Assembly: GCA_965198225.1 (NCBI GenBank)
Contig: CBDAOY010000007.1
Coordinates: forward strand, 1,013,545-1,077,544
DNA: 64,000 nt
Reading direction: 5' to 3'
Origin: Terriglobia bacterium
GTDB taxonomy: Bacteria > Acidobacteriota > Terriglobia > 20CM-2-55-15
Shown here: positions 50,373-61,057 of the stretch, in pieces
Layout: each line of letters starts with the position of its first letter
Position numbering within the stretch: the first letter of the stretch is position 1
Made by a program: the position numbers and the translations under genes
Notes under the pieces: generated by a model
The model's database searches: none
What the model saw: only the letters and a program-made list of their open reading frames with translations
Told to the model about the DNA's origin: nothing

Positions 50373-52283
50373 TCAATGATTCAGAACGAACTCTATTCCG
50401 TTCAGCAAGGCCCACTGCAGGTTCTCAGCCCCTTGCCTCCGATCGTTTTCCAACTCCTGCACGGCGAGCTCCTTCTCCGCCCGTGTCGGCCGCCGTGCAA
50501 GGCTGGAAAGGAAGAGCTCATCGATCACCCGATCATTCGTCATGTTGGATTCCACGAGCTGCTGGACCCTGCTGTCCTCCTCGGCCCGGACGCGATCGTT
50601 GACGAAGCTCGAACTCATCATGAGCAACGCCTGCAGAGTCGATGCTTTGTTGCCCATCACTGGCGGGGTTTGCCGGTTGCTCTGGTAGAAGCTTTGCATG
50701 ATGGCGTCGACTGCCGTCGCTTCGCCACCCTTTCTCCTGCCCCCGACATCGCTAGGACTGGACAACTGTTTGACCCTCGAAACCTGGACGCCTGAAAACT
50801 CGAACTGGCTGGGTCTGCCGGTGGCCCCCGCAATGGCATCCACGACTTCCGGCCCGGTCAACACCCGGACGAACTTACGCGCATAGTAGGGCGCATAGGC
50901 TTCCTTCCAATCCCCATCAAAGCGACTCGAGAGTTGATACGCGCTCGATTTCATGACGGCCTTGATCAGGCTTTGGACGCTGAAATCATGATCCCGAAAA
51001 TACTCGGCCAAGGCCTGCAACAGTTCCGGGGAGGTCGGTTGCACAGTCCAGGGGGCCGGAGGGGGGGCTTCGGGGTCCAGTCGATCCAGATCGAACCCAT
51101 CGTATGGCTCGACAAATGCGACGGTCATCAACTGGCCCCAGATCAGGTTCACTGTCGCACGGCTGAACTGGATGTGGTCTGTCAGGATGCGGGCAAGCTC
51201 GGCCCGCGGATTGACATCGGGGTCCGGCTCTTCTCCAGTCAACAGGAACGCGGGTTCGTAGCGCCTTCCGTCCCGCGGATAATAGATCTCGCTTGCAGTA
51301 TGAAATGGGGCATCCTTTCCCGTGTCATAACCATCGGCCAGGTCATCGATGATCATGTCGCCTTCGCTGCCATTCTTGCTGCGATCGTCCCATGTCATGA
51401 TGATGCGCGTGCGTCCGAAAAAAGCCGCCTGCCGATGGAATTCCCTCCGCGTCTTCCTCGTAAGGTACAGGTTGATGGGTTCCAGGTGGCCCGCACCGTC
51501 GTGACAGGAGATGCACGATGTATTCACTCCCAGGAAAATACGGGCCACGTCGACGCTGAACTGGTCCACTCCGTCGAGTCGATTTCCGCTGATGTAGTCG
51601 TCCTTGCTGTGTGGCATCCGGTTCGTGCCGTTGCTGTTCCTTGCCAGGAAGGCAAGAGCAGGAATCGTGCTGTGGCTTTTCGCGACCGCGGTCATCAAAT
51701 CATAGGCCACCTCGTTGTAGGGTCGGTCCAAGCGCAGCCACTCCTTGTTCCAGAAATGGAATGCATGTTTTCCTTGGCCCGACCTGCCCTCCAGGCGGAA
51801 CAGATCCCCCCAGTACCAGGCCCACTGTTCGGCAAATTCTTCAGTGCCGACCAGGTTGTCAATGAAAGTGTCCCGCTTCAGAGGATCCTCATCGGCCAGA
51901 AACTCACGCACCACGTCCGCCGGAGGAAGCTGGCCGATCGCATCGAGATAAACACGTCGGATAAACTCTTCATCGCTGCTCAGCCGCGCATGCGGAATCC
52001 CATCTCGCTCCATTCGCCCAAAGATGTGTTCATCGACAAGATTCTTGCGCACGACCTGATGCGGACCCTGTGCGGAGGGAGAAAACGTCCCAACAGCTTG
52101 TTCCGTCAACCGGCTCGCCTCCTCAGCCTTGTCGGGCCTCGGCGCAAACAAACCACGATGGGCCTCTTCAAACCGGTCGGTTTGCTGGCCACTCATTTGG
52201 GGCTTGGGCTTCTGGGCTGCAACAGAAAGCGCGACACACAACCCAAGGAACAACCCTAATCCAGCTTTCGCAAGTCTTTTCAT
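50373..52283 (-). CDS. DUF1549/DUF1553 (PSD1-type) protein
   Basis: DEEFIRRVYLD, CISCHD, PELLQALA, SSAYQLSS, WALLNGIEF. Confidence 0.9.
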   Translation of the reverse strand: MKRLAKAGLGLFLGLCVALSVAAQKPKPQMSGQQTDRFEEAHRGLFAPRPDKAEEASRLTEQAVGTFSPSAQGPHQVVRKNLVDEHIFGRMERDGIPHARLSSDEEFIRRVYLDAIGQLPPADVVREFLADEDPLKRDTFIDNLVGTEEFAEQWAWYWGDLFRLEGRSGQGKHAFHFWNKEWLRLDRPYNEVAYDLMTAVAKSHSTIPALAFLARNSNGTNRMPHSKDDYISGNRLDGVDQFSVDVARIFLGVNTSCISCHDGAGHLEPINLYLTRKTRREFHRQAAFFGRTRIIMTWDDRSKNGSEGDMIIDDLADGYDTGKDAPFHTASEIYYPRDGRRYEPAFLLTGEEPDPDVNPRAELARILTDHIQFSRATVNLIWGQLMTVAFVEPYDGFDLDRLDPEAPPPAPWTVQPTSPELLQALAEYFRDHDFSVQSLIKAVMKSSAYQLSSRFDGDWKEAYAPYYARKFVRVLTGPEVVDAIAGATGRPSQFEFSGVQVSRVKQLSSPSDVGGRRKGGEATAVDAIMQSFYQSNRQTPPVMGNKASTLQALLMMSSSFVNDRVRAEEDSRVQQLVESNMTNDRVIDELFLSSLARRPTRAEKELAVQELENDRRQGAENLQWALLNGIEFVLNH

Positions 52284-52489
52284 TTTGCCTTCTCCAGGGC
52301 GGTGTTTTTTCCGTTGGCTTTGCAGGATTTCTCTTTGTAATTGATTGTTTTGTATACGGAAACTGGCGGCATGTCAAGTTTCGGTACATACATCTTAGTG
52401 GGTAGCTCCTTTCGAAGATCCTTGACGGCGCAAGTGGAGGCTAATCCGACCGGTTACCCGATAACGAGATCCCGGAAGAGCCAAAAAAG

Positions 52490-52518
52490 TTGACACAAGG
52501 AAACTGTGAGGCCAGACT
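52490..52518 (+). promoter_or_regulatory. Sigma70-type promoter
   Basis: TTGACA-17 nt-CAGACT; homologous block at 45498. Confidence 0.65.
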
Positions 52519-52689
52519 CGAACGAGTTTGTCCGCACACCATTGTCACAATTAGAACGTGGCCAGACGATTCTGGATTCGCGGGATACAGCGGCGGGAAA
52601 AAGGCCTCCCATTGAAGGGCTTTCGAGCTGAGCGTTCCCGTTCGGCTGAGTTCAGTTCCCCTGGGTGGCTAGGTCCCGAGGAGAGGGTG

Positions 52690-55077
52690 ATGAAAGCGGT
52701 AATTCTCATTTTGACCGGCGTGGTCATAGCACCGGTGGTTGCCTGGGCGCAGGATGAGGGCACGTTCGTCGAACCCGAGCGTGCATTGGTCAACCAGTAT
52801 TGCGTGGGCTGCCACAACGACTTGGAGCCGTCGGGGGGGTTCTCGTGGACCTCTCTGGACCTGGGGCATCCCGAACAGAACGCGGAACAGGCGGAGAAAG
52901 TCATACGTAAAGTGCGTTCTGGCATGATGCCTCCCGCCGGCGCATCTCGGCCTGACGCGGCCAAACTGAAAGCCTTGGCCACGGGGCTTGAAACGCGAAT
53001 CGACCGGGCGGTCGCCACCCAGCCCCAGGTAAGCGCGCCGGACCTGCACCGACTCAATCGGACCGAATACGGAAATTTGATCCGCGATTTAGTCGGTTTC
53101 GACGTCGATGTGTCCGAGCTTCTCCCGGCGGATCCCAAGGCCGGCAGCTTTGACAACATGGCGGACGCCCTGACCGTCACTCCGGCGCTGATGCAAGGTT
53201 ACATTCGGGCGGCCGAAAAGATCAGTCGCCTGGCCGTCGGGGATCCCGAAACTTCCCCGGCGACGGTAGGCTATAACGATCTCAACAAGATCGGAAGGGC
53301 AGCCAACCAGTACCGGCGCGTCGAGGGGGCGCCGTTCGGGACGCGCGGGGGGCTGTCCGTTGTCCATAACTTCCCGGCCGACGGCGAGTACACCTTCAGG
53401 GCGTCGCTCTTTGTCTATCCCTCGGGCGTGGTGGTCGGTGCCAGACTGCCGGAGCCGCTCGAGAATCAGCAACTCGGGGTTTTCATAGATGGCGAGCAGG
53501 TGGCGATCTTTACGATTGATCCGACGATGCAGGAATTCGAACTCGATGCCGCACTGATCACGCCTCCGATCAAAGTGGAAGCGGGTCCACGCCGCGTTTC
53601 GATGGTGTTCATTTCCAAATTTGACGGGCCGGTGGAGGACCAATACTGGCTTATTGAACAGACACTGGCCGACTACACCATTGCCAACAAGCCAGGAATG
53701 ACAGGCCTTCCCCACCTGAAGAATTTCTTCATCACGGGTCCGATGAACATATCGGGGGTGTCGGACACGCCTAGTCGCACCAAGATATTCACGTGCCACC
53801 CGGTCGATGCAATTGAGGAAGAGCCGTGCGCGTCCGAGATCATTTCGCGGTTGGCGGCACAGGCTTTTCGAAGGCCGGTCACTCCCGAGGACCTGGAAGC
53901 ACTGATGACGCACTACGAGGTCGGTCGCGAAGGCGGGACCTTCGGCGGCGGAATCCAGGCAGCTCTGCAGGCAATCCTCGTAAGGCCGGAATTCGTCTTC
54001 CGGTTTGAGCGTATTCCCCCCGACATCGCGCCTGGTCAGACTTATCGCATCAGCGACCTGGAATTGGCGTCCCGTTTGTCATTTTTCCTGTGGAGCAGCG
54101 CTCCTGACGCCGAACTGCGTACCCTGGCCAGCCAGGGTAGGCTCAAGGATCCGGCGGTGCTGGAGCAGCAGGTGAAGCGTATGCTGGGGGACCGGCGGTC
54201 CGAGGCGCTGGCGAGGAACTTCGCCGGACACTGGCTCCGTTTGGGAGGCCTACAGGACGTCCTTCCCGAGGCGATGCACTATCCCCAGTTCACCAGAAAT
54301 CTGGCAGTGTCAATGAGGCGCGAAGTCGAGCTCCTTTTCGACAACATCGTGCGCGAGGACCGTGACGTCTTGGAGCTGCTCGGGGCCGATTACACGTTTG
54401 TGGACGAAGTTCTCGCCAAACATTATGGGATTCCGAACGTGTTGGGGAACAGGTTCCAGCGCGTGCAGTTGACCGATCCGAACCGGTTTGGAGTGCTGGG
54501 CAAAGCCGGCGTGCTGACCATGACAGCGCTGGCGAACCGCACCTCTCCGGTAGCGAGAGGCAAATATGTATTGGAGGTTCTGATCGGTTCACCCCCTCCA
54601 AACCCATTGCCGAATGTCCCTCCCCTGGAGGAAGCCCGCGACAACGAGAAAGTTTTATCGGTGCGCGAGCGGATGGAGCAGCACCGGGACAACCCGGCGT
54701 GCTCGGCGTGCCATCAGATCATGGACCCGATTGGCCTGGCACTCGAGAACTTCGACCCCACCGGACAGTGGCGTATCAACGACGGCGGCTTTCGTATCGA
54801 TCCTTCAGGCCAGATGTACGACGGGATGAAACTGGACGGGCCGGTCAGCGTTCGGCAGGCAGTCTTAAACTATTCCGAAGCATTTCTCGGGAATTTTGCG
54901 GAACAGCTTATGTCGTATGGTGTGGGCCGCATGTTGGATTACCGCGATATGCCCATGGTGCGATTGGTCGGACACGAAGCGGGAAAGAACAACAACCGTT
55001 TCTCGTCGTTCGTTTTGGGCATCGTCAGGAACCCTCTGTTCCAGATGTCCAGAAACAACAATGAGACCCAACATTGA
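52690..55077 (+). CDS. DUF1592-family (DUF1587/1595/1592/1588/1585) c-type heme protein
   Basis: CVGCH, MPP, RLNRTEY, ELASRLSFFLW, TSPVARG, CSACH, GLALENFD. Confidence 0.9.
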   Translation: MKAVILILTGVVIAPVVAWAQDEGTFVEPERALVNQYCVGCHNDLEPSGGFSWTSLDLGHPEQNAEQAEKVIRKVRSGMMPPAGASRPDAAKLKALATGLETRIDRAVATQPQVSAPDLHRLNRTEYGNLIRDLVGFDVDVSELLPADPKAGSFDNMADALTVTPALMQGYIRAAEKISRLAVGDPETSPATVGYNDLNKIGRAANQYRRVEGAPFGTRGGLSVVHNFPADGEYTFRASLFVYPSGVVVGARLPEPLENQQLGVFIDGEQVAIFTIDPTMQEFELDAALITPPIKVEAGPRRVSMVFISKFDGPVEDQYWLIEQTLADYTIANKPGMTGLPHLKNFFITGPMNISGVSDTPSRTKIFTCHPVDAIEEEPCASEIISRLAAQAFRRPVTPEDLEALMTHYEVGREGGTFGGGIQAALQAILVRPEFVFRFERIPPDIAPGQTYRISDLELASRLSFFLWSSAPDAELRTLASQGRLKDPAVLEQQVKRMLGDRRSEALARNFAGHWLRLGGLQDVLPEAMHYPQFTRNLAVSMRREVELLFDNIVREDRDVLELLGADYTFVDEVLAKHYGIPNVLGNRFQRVQLTDPNRFGVLGKAGVLTMTALANRTSPVARGKYVLEVLIGSPPPNPLPNVPPLEEARDNEKVLSVRERMEQHRDNPACSACHQIMDPIGLALENFDPTGQWRINDGGFRIDPSGQMYDGMKLDGPVSVRQAVLNYSEAFLGNFAEQLMSYGVGRMLDYRDMPMVRLVGHEAGKNNNRFSSFVLGIVRNPLFQMSRNNNETQH

Positions 55078-55135
55078 AGGATTGGAGTCATCAGCCGGAT
55101 TTCGCGCAGTTTACTTAGCCGATAAGGAGTCAAGA

Positions 55136-56506
55136 ATGTTCATCACGAAAAGGCATGTCTCGCGGCGCACGGTTCTACGGGGGATGGGAGCAGTAATAGC
55201 ACTGCCGTTTCTGGAAGTGATGGTGCCGGCGCAGACACCACTGAGAAAGACGGCGGCATCCCCGAAGAATCGACTGACGTGCATCGAGGTTGTGCACGGT
55301 GATGCGGGGAGCACCGAGTACGGCACAAACGAACATCTCTGGATTCCAGCGAAAGAGGGTTCGGATTTCGACTTCACGCCGATCTTGAAGCCGCTGGAGA
55401 CGTTTCGGGAACACGTGACCGTCGTCAGCATGATGGACTGCCGTATGGCCGAGCCTTTTTCACCCGAGGAGGTGGGAGCGGACCATTTCCGCTCGGCCGC
55501 GGTGTTCTTGACAGCGAGTCACCCGAAGCAGACCCATGGTTCCGACATCTATTGTGGTACGTCGATCGATCAGATGTATGCGCATGAGTTCGGCCAGGAC
55601 ACGCCCCTGCCGTCGATTCAGCATCAAGCCGAGAATGAGGACGCGTCCGGCGCCTGCGCGTTCAATTACAGCTGTGTCTATCAGAACACGATCAGTTGGT
55701 CGACGCCCACGATGCCGCTGCCGATGACCTACAACCCGCGGATGGCCTTCGAGGAACTGTTTGGCAGTGGCGGGAGCGAGGCCGATCGAGCCCAACGCCG
55801 GAAGCTCAATCGCAGTATTCTGGACGGTGTCTTGCGCTCCATGGCTCGGCTGAAGCAGGATCTGAATCCGAATGACCGAACGCGGCTCGACACGTATCTG
55901 GACAACGTCCGCGAGGTGGAGCGGCGGATTCAGGCCATTGAGACGTACAACACCAACAATCCTGATCGGGAACTGCCGAATGCACCGATTGGCGTGCCCG
56001 ACTACTGGGACGAGCATGTGAGGCTGATGTTTGACCTGCAGCATCTGGCGTTCGCGTCCGAGATCACTCGCGTTTCGACGATGAAGTTTGGGATCGATGC
56101 CCACAACCGCGTTTTTCCCGAGAGCGGTACCATGAGCCCGTTCCACTCGGCGTCGCACCACGGCAACACGCCCAGTGGGATCCGAGATTTTGCCAAGATC
56201 AACACCTACCATCACAGTCTGGTCGCGCACTATGTGGACAAGCTGAGGAGCACACCCGACGGTGACGGCAGCCTGTTAGACCATTCGCTGGTCCTCTACG
56301 GCAGCGCCATGGGCGACTCGAACGTTCACAACCACAGGCGGGTGCCGTTCACGTTGATCGGTCACGCAAGCGGTTCGGTCAAGGGTAATATGCACATCCG
56401 ATGCAGTGAAGGAACGCCACAGGGCAATGGTCTATTGGCCGTGCTGCAGAAGCTCGGGATGGACATCGACAAGGTCGGCGACAGCACGGGGGCCGTTCCG
56501 ATCTAA
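55136..56506 (+). CDS. DUF1552 protein (Tat signal)
   Basis: SRRTVLRGMG.VIALPFLE, SIDQ, SCVY.NTISW, HSASHH, SLLDHS. Confidence 0.9.
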   Translation: MFITKRHVSRRTVLRGMGAVIALPFLEVMVPAQTPLRKTAASPKNRLTCIEVVHGDAGSTEYGTNEHLWIPAKEGSDFDFTPILKPLETFREHVTVVSMMDCRMAEPFSPEEVGADHFRSAAVFLTASHPKQTHGSDIYCGTSIDQMYAHEFGQDTPLPSIQHQAENEDASGACAFNYSCVYQNTISWSTPTMPLPMTYNPRMAFEELFGSGGSEADRAQRRKLNRSILDGVLRSMARLKQDLNPNDRTRLDTYLDNVREVERRIQAIETYNTNNPDRELPNAPIGVPDYWDEHVRLMFDLQHLAFASEITRVSTMKFGIDAHNRVFPESGTMSPFHSASHHGNTPSGIRDFAKINTYHHSLVAHYVDKLRSTPDGDGSLLDHSLVLYGSAMGDSNVHNHRRVPFTLIGHASGSVKGNMHIRCSEGTPQGNGLLAVLQKLGMDIDKVGDSTGAVPI

Positions 56507-56530
56507 CGATTTGAAAGAAGGGGACTACAC

Positions 56531-58117
56531 ATGTTGGGTCAAAGCATAGTGGGCATAGTTTTGGCGATGCTGCTTGCAGCTCCCGGTGGAGATACCCGGC
56601 TGCCGGACGCAGCGATGCAGGGCGCCCGGGAGGCCGTTCAATCGCTGCTGGATCAGAACGTGGATGTGGATGCGGCGCAGGCGGACGGCAACACGGCACT
56701 GCACTGGGCGGCTTACAGGGACGACATGGAGATGGCGCGGCTGCTCATCCAGGCGGACGCCAACGTCCACGCCGGAACCAATCCTGGGGACCTTACCCCC
56801 CTGCTTATGGCCGCTCGGAACGGAAGTGCGGCAATGATCGAGTTGCTGCTCGGGGCTGGATCGGACGCGAATTCGACCAACGCGAACGGGACCACGCCGC
56901 TCATGTTCGCGGCAGCTTCGGGCAATACCGATGCGCTGAGGATACTGCTGGGTCATGGTGCCCAGGTCAACGCGACCGACATTCCGAATGGACAGACCGC
57001 GCTCATGTTTGCCGCCGCCCGAAATCGTGGCGCGGCGATCCAGCTTCTTGCCACGTATGGTGCGGATCTCAGGGCGACCTCGAGAGTATCCGCCGTCAGG
57101 CCGTTCGGACGGTTTGGTGTTCCGGGCGAGGAAGAGGACAGCAAGAAGACTACGGAGATGGGTGGAAATACTCCGCTGCACTTCGCGACTCGGGAAGGCC
57201 ACATGGATGCGGTACGTGAGTTGATTGAGGCGGGAGCCGATGTCAATCAGGTCAGTCTATCGGACAATATGACTCCCCTCACGCAGGCCATTATCAACGG
57301 CCATTTCGATATCGCGAAATTCCTGCTCGATCATGGCGCCGATCCGGATATTGCCAGTGCCAAGGACGGACTGTTTCCGCTGTGGGTCACCATCGATGCC
57401 CGATATGCGCATCGCGAGTGGTATCCGGCACCCAGTGTTGAACAAGAGAAGACCGACTATCTGGATCTGATCAAGGAACTCCTGGCTGTCGGGGCGAATC
57501 CCAACGCAACACTAGGGGCCAAACCATGGTTCAGGACCTTTGGAAACAGTAACGGGCCGGATCCGGCGGGATCAACTGCGTTCTGGCGGGCCGCCCAGGC
57601 GAATGACGTGACCGCGATGAAACTCCTGCTGGCCGCGGGCGCCGACCCTGACATTGCGACGACGCACGGATGTTCGCCGCTGCAAGTGGCCGTGGGCTTG
57701 GAAAACGACTTCCAGGGCACGAACGTCGTACCGGGCGCCCGAATGGACACAGCCAGGTTCCTGGTGGAAGAGGTCGGCGCCGATGTCAATTCAAGAGACG
57801 ACAGAGGTTATTCGGCATTGCACGGGGCGGCATTCATTGGCCGCAACGATGTCATTCTCTATCTGGTGGAAAAGGGCGCAGACGTCGGAGCCAGGGCGCA
57901 TCAGATCAGCAACGGTTCTTCCAAGCAGTCTGCGGAACCCGATCAAGGTGATACGGTCGCGGACATGGCGAATGGCTGGACAGAAAAAACTCTCCAGTTT
58001 AACGAGACGGTCGATCTCCTGGTAGAGCTGGGTTCGGAATTCTCGAATACTTGCTGGGCGTCCGTGTGCGTGAACCCGACCCGGCCCGATAAAGAGCCAA
58101 ACAAGAACCAGAAGTAG
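56531..58117 (+). CDS. Secreted ankyrin-repeat protein
   Basis: Signal peptide; many G.TPL/TALH..A...G repeats. Confidence 0.92.
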   Translation: MLGQSIVGIVLAMLLAAPGGDTRLPDAAMQGAREAVQSLLDQNVDVDAAQADGNTALHWAAYRDDMEMARLLIQADANVHAGTNPGDLTPLLMAARNGSAAMIELLLGAGSDANSTNANGTTPLMFAAASGNTDALRILLGHGAQVNATDIPNGQTALMFAAARNRGAAIQLLATYGADLRATSRVSAVRPFGRFGVPGEEEDSKKTTEMGGNTPLHFATREGHMDAVRELIEAGADVNQVSLSDNMTPLTQAIINGHFDIAKFLLDHGADPDIASAKDGLFPLWVTIDARYAHREWYPAPSVEQEKTDYLDLIKELLAVGANPNATLGAKPWFRTFGNSNGPDPAGSTAFWRAAQANDVTAMKLLLAAGADPDIATTHGCSPLQVAVGLENDFQGTNVVPGARMDTARFLVEEVGADVNSRDDRGYSALHGAAFIGRNDVILYLVEKGADVGARAHQISNGSSKQSAEPDQGDTVADMANGWTEKTLQFNETVDLLVELGSEFSNTCWASVCVNPTRPDKEPNKNQK

Positions 58118-58133
58118 AGTCGACCCATGCCGT

Positions 58134-58167
58134 AAAGGAGCCCGTCAGGCGGGCTCCTTTTTCTTTG
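58134..58167 (+). terminator. Rho-independent terminator
   Basis: AAAGGAGCCCG-TCAGG-CGGGCTCCTTT followed by TTCTTTG. Confidence 0.85.
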
Positions 58168-60147
58168 GTGCGCCAGGCATGGCGCGCAGCGCCATGAATT
58201 GGCGCTGGATAACCGGGGAGCGAAAGCGAACCGGGAAGTGACTAGGAGGTGAGAGTCCTCTGGGGGCCTTGATGACAGGAACCCTTAGCCGATGTGGCAA
58301 CTGCGTCCGAGCAATCGGGGGTGGGAAGGAAGCCATAGGCAAAACTCTGGCCCGAGGCACACGAACCGCATAAGAGGCAGGCGTCAGGTGGGCGAAGAGG
58401 CCAACAGATCGGAAGCCCAATGTCATCCGGACCGGGCGTTTGTAGATGCGGCGGGTAGATGGAGTGAAAGTCACGTGCCTTACCCTGGGAGATCCGTTGT
58501 CTTGCTGGGAACAGCTAGAGTCGTCGAGAGGCGGCGCGATGGGGCGGCGGAAGTCAGCCACGGTCATAGTAGCCCGGCGGAGCCGGGGTGAAGGACCACA
58601 CATGGAGAAGAGACCGACACGGAGCGTTCGATGCGAAACGGAGACGCAGACAAGAGGGCTGAGAAGCCGGAACCGAACCGGAAGGATAGCGGCGGAACCG
58701 TGACAGATACGGATGAGGGGCGTCAAACTCGCACGGCACGTCACGAGCAAGTCGGGATCGAGGAGGGAATGCTACTGGAGAAGGTGCTGGAACGGGAAAA
58801 CGTTCTGGCCGCATACCGACGCGTCAAGGCCAATAGCGGGGCGGCGGGAATCGACGGGATGACCGTTGAGGACCTGATGCCGCACTGTCAGATGCACTGG
58901 ACGCGAGTCCGTCAAGAACTGCTCGACGAGACGTACCGCCCCCAACCGGTGAGGAAAGTCGATATTCTGAAACCGGACGGAGGGATACGGACGCTGGGCA
59001 TTCCGACCGTGATGGACCGGATGATTCAACAGGCTCTGCTTCAGGTTCTCCAACCCCTATGGGATCGGACGTTCTCGGAAGATAGCGCTACCGACCGGGA
59101 CGAAGCGCCCAAAAGGCGGTGGTGCGTGCCCGGGAACACATTCGAGCCGGACATCGCTGGGTGGTGGACCTGGACATCGAGAAGTTCTTTGATCGCGTCA
59201 ACCATGACGTGCTGATGGCACGCGTGGCGCGACGAATCAAAGACAAACGGGTGCTTCGATTGATTCGGCGCTATCTACAGGCCGGACTGATGGAGGGCGG
59301 GCTGGTGTCGCCCCGGGCAGAAGGGACGCCGCAAGGCGGCCCCCTCTCGCCTCTGCTGTCGAACCTGTTGCTGGATGAACTGGATCGGGAGTTGGGGAAA
59401 CGTGGGCACCGCTTCGTTCGTTATGCCGACGATGTGAATGTGTACATTCGCTCCGAGGCAGCGGGTCAGCGGGTCATGGCATCGCTGGAATGTTTTCTGG
59501 ACAGGAGACTCCGGCTGAAGGTGAACCGGGCCAAAAGCGCCGTGGCGCGGCCGTGGAAGCGAAAGTTCCTCGGGTACAGTTTCAGGTGAACCGGGCCAAA
59601 AGCGCCGTGGCGCGGCCGGAAAGTTCCTCGGGTACAGTTTCACGGCGCATCGCGAGGCCAAACTGAAGGTTTCGGATTCGTCGTTAAAACGACTGAAAAT
59701 GAGACTTCGGGAGATCACGCGAGCCGGGCGAGGCCGAAGCCTCGCTCGCACGATCGGAACACTCATTCCCATCATTCGGGGTTGGGTGGCTTACTATCGC
59801 TTGGCGGAGGTTCGAGGCAGCTTCGAGCGACTGGATCAGTGGTTGCGCCGCCGGCTGCGGTCGATCTTGTGGCAGCAGTGGAAGCGGAACCGAACACGAT
59901 TCCGGGAACTCACTCGACGCGGTATTGCGACCGCTCGGGCTCGGACCTCGGTTTCCAACGGGCGCGGGCCTTGGTGGAATGCGGGCGCCAGCCATATGAA
60001 TCAGGCTGTCCCCGCCTCTGCCTTCCGTCGCCTGGGTTTGCAATCCTTCTCCGAGGTGCATTCCCGACTTCAATCTTTATGAACCGCCGTATACGGAACC
60101 GTACGTACGGTGGTGTGGGAGGCGGGCGTTAAGCCCGCCTACCCGAT
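58168..60147 (+). mobile_element. Group IIC intron
   Basis: 5' GTGCG directly after the terminator; short domain V GAACCGCCGTATACGGAACCGTACGTACGGTGGT; domain VI ending CCCGAT. Confidence 0.92.
58631..60082 (+). pseudogene. ltrA: Intron-encoded reverse transcriptase/maturase, no endonuclease domain, two frameshifts
   Basis: GAAGIDG, RTLGIPT, DLDIEKFFD, GTPQGGPLSP, RYADD, FLGY, RGWVAYY; lesions near 59087 and at 59584-59641. Confidence 0.9.
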
Positions 60148-60268
60148 GTTTGCGAGGCGCGGCGCGCTGCACGCGCCGGTTCTCGCCCGACAGGCCGGCC
60201 CTCAACGGCAGTCCTGGACCAGTGCATTCGTGAAGATCGTTCGAACACAATCGCACGCATGGGGTGAC

Positions 60269-61057
60269 ATGCCCCGAAGATTCGCGATGTCCTTCATTAC
60301 CGGGATCATGCTTCTCGTTCTGGCTGGTGTCGGTTCCGTCATGCAGACGGCGCAGACCACGACAATACCGACAGGCGACATCGGCAAGACGGTCCTGGAT
60401 GGTGTATACACGGCTGCCCAGGCCGCGAAAGGCAGAACCCAATACGAGACGAATTGCATTCGGTGCCACGAGGTCGTCGACGACGACCCCCAGGGGCCCC
60501 CACTCATGGGCCGCGGTTTCATCGATCGCTGGCGAGAAGAGAATCTGGATGTTCTGTTTGGTTATATGACGACCAACATGCCGGCCGGCAGCGATGTCCG
60601 ATTGAGCGACGAGACGTTTCTGCAGGTCCTGGCCTACATACTGGCCGCGAACGCCTTTCCCGAGGGGCCCGACGACCTGACCCCGGACAAACTCGGGAAC
60701 ATCCGGCTGGTGGGAAGCGACGGGCCAAGGCCGCTGCCGCGCAATACGCTGGTCCAGTTGATCGGCTGCCTCACCGAGGGTTCAGGCGGCAACTGGATGT
60801 TGACTAAGGCCAGCAAGCCGACCCGGATAAGAAGAGTGGAGGAGACGTCCGCAGAGGAATTGAGAGTACTCGACGCCAGGCCTCTGGGAACTCAGATATT
60901 CGGATTGCCGAGCTTCAGGAATATCCGTTTCGATTTCGACCCCGCTCCCTACAAAGGACACAAGGTGAAGGCCACAGGCGTCTTTATCCCCCGGCCGGAG
61001 GGCGACCGTATTAACCTGACCTCGCTGGAGACCGTTGCCTCGACCTGCGAGCGCTAG
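60269..61057 (+). CDS. Cytochrome c protein, paralog of the gene at 42880
   Basis: GVYTAAQAAKG, CIRCH, NMP, YILAANAFP, GCL, GHKV. Confidence 0.85.
   Translation: MPRRFAMSFITGIMLLVLAGVGSVMQTAQTTTIPTGDIGKTVLDGVYTAAQAAKGRTQYETNCIRCHEVVDDDPQGPPLMGRGFIDRWREENLDVLFGYMTTNMPAGSDVRLSDETFLQVLAYILAANAFPEGPDDLTPDKLGNIRLVGSDGPRPLPRNTLVQLIGCLTEGSGGNWMLTKASKPTRIRRVEETSAEELRVLDARPLGTQIFGLPSFRNIRFDFDPAPYKGHKVKATGVFIPRPEGDRINLTSLETVASTCER

Noticed and set aside
58631-60082. RT as part of a DGR or retron, with the FGE-fold gene as DGR target
   Set aside because: Clear group II intron ends and maturase domain; I saw no template/variable repeat pair with adenine-specific differences
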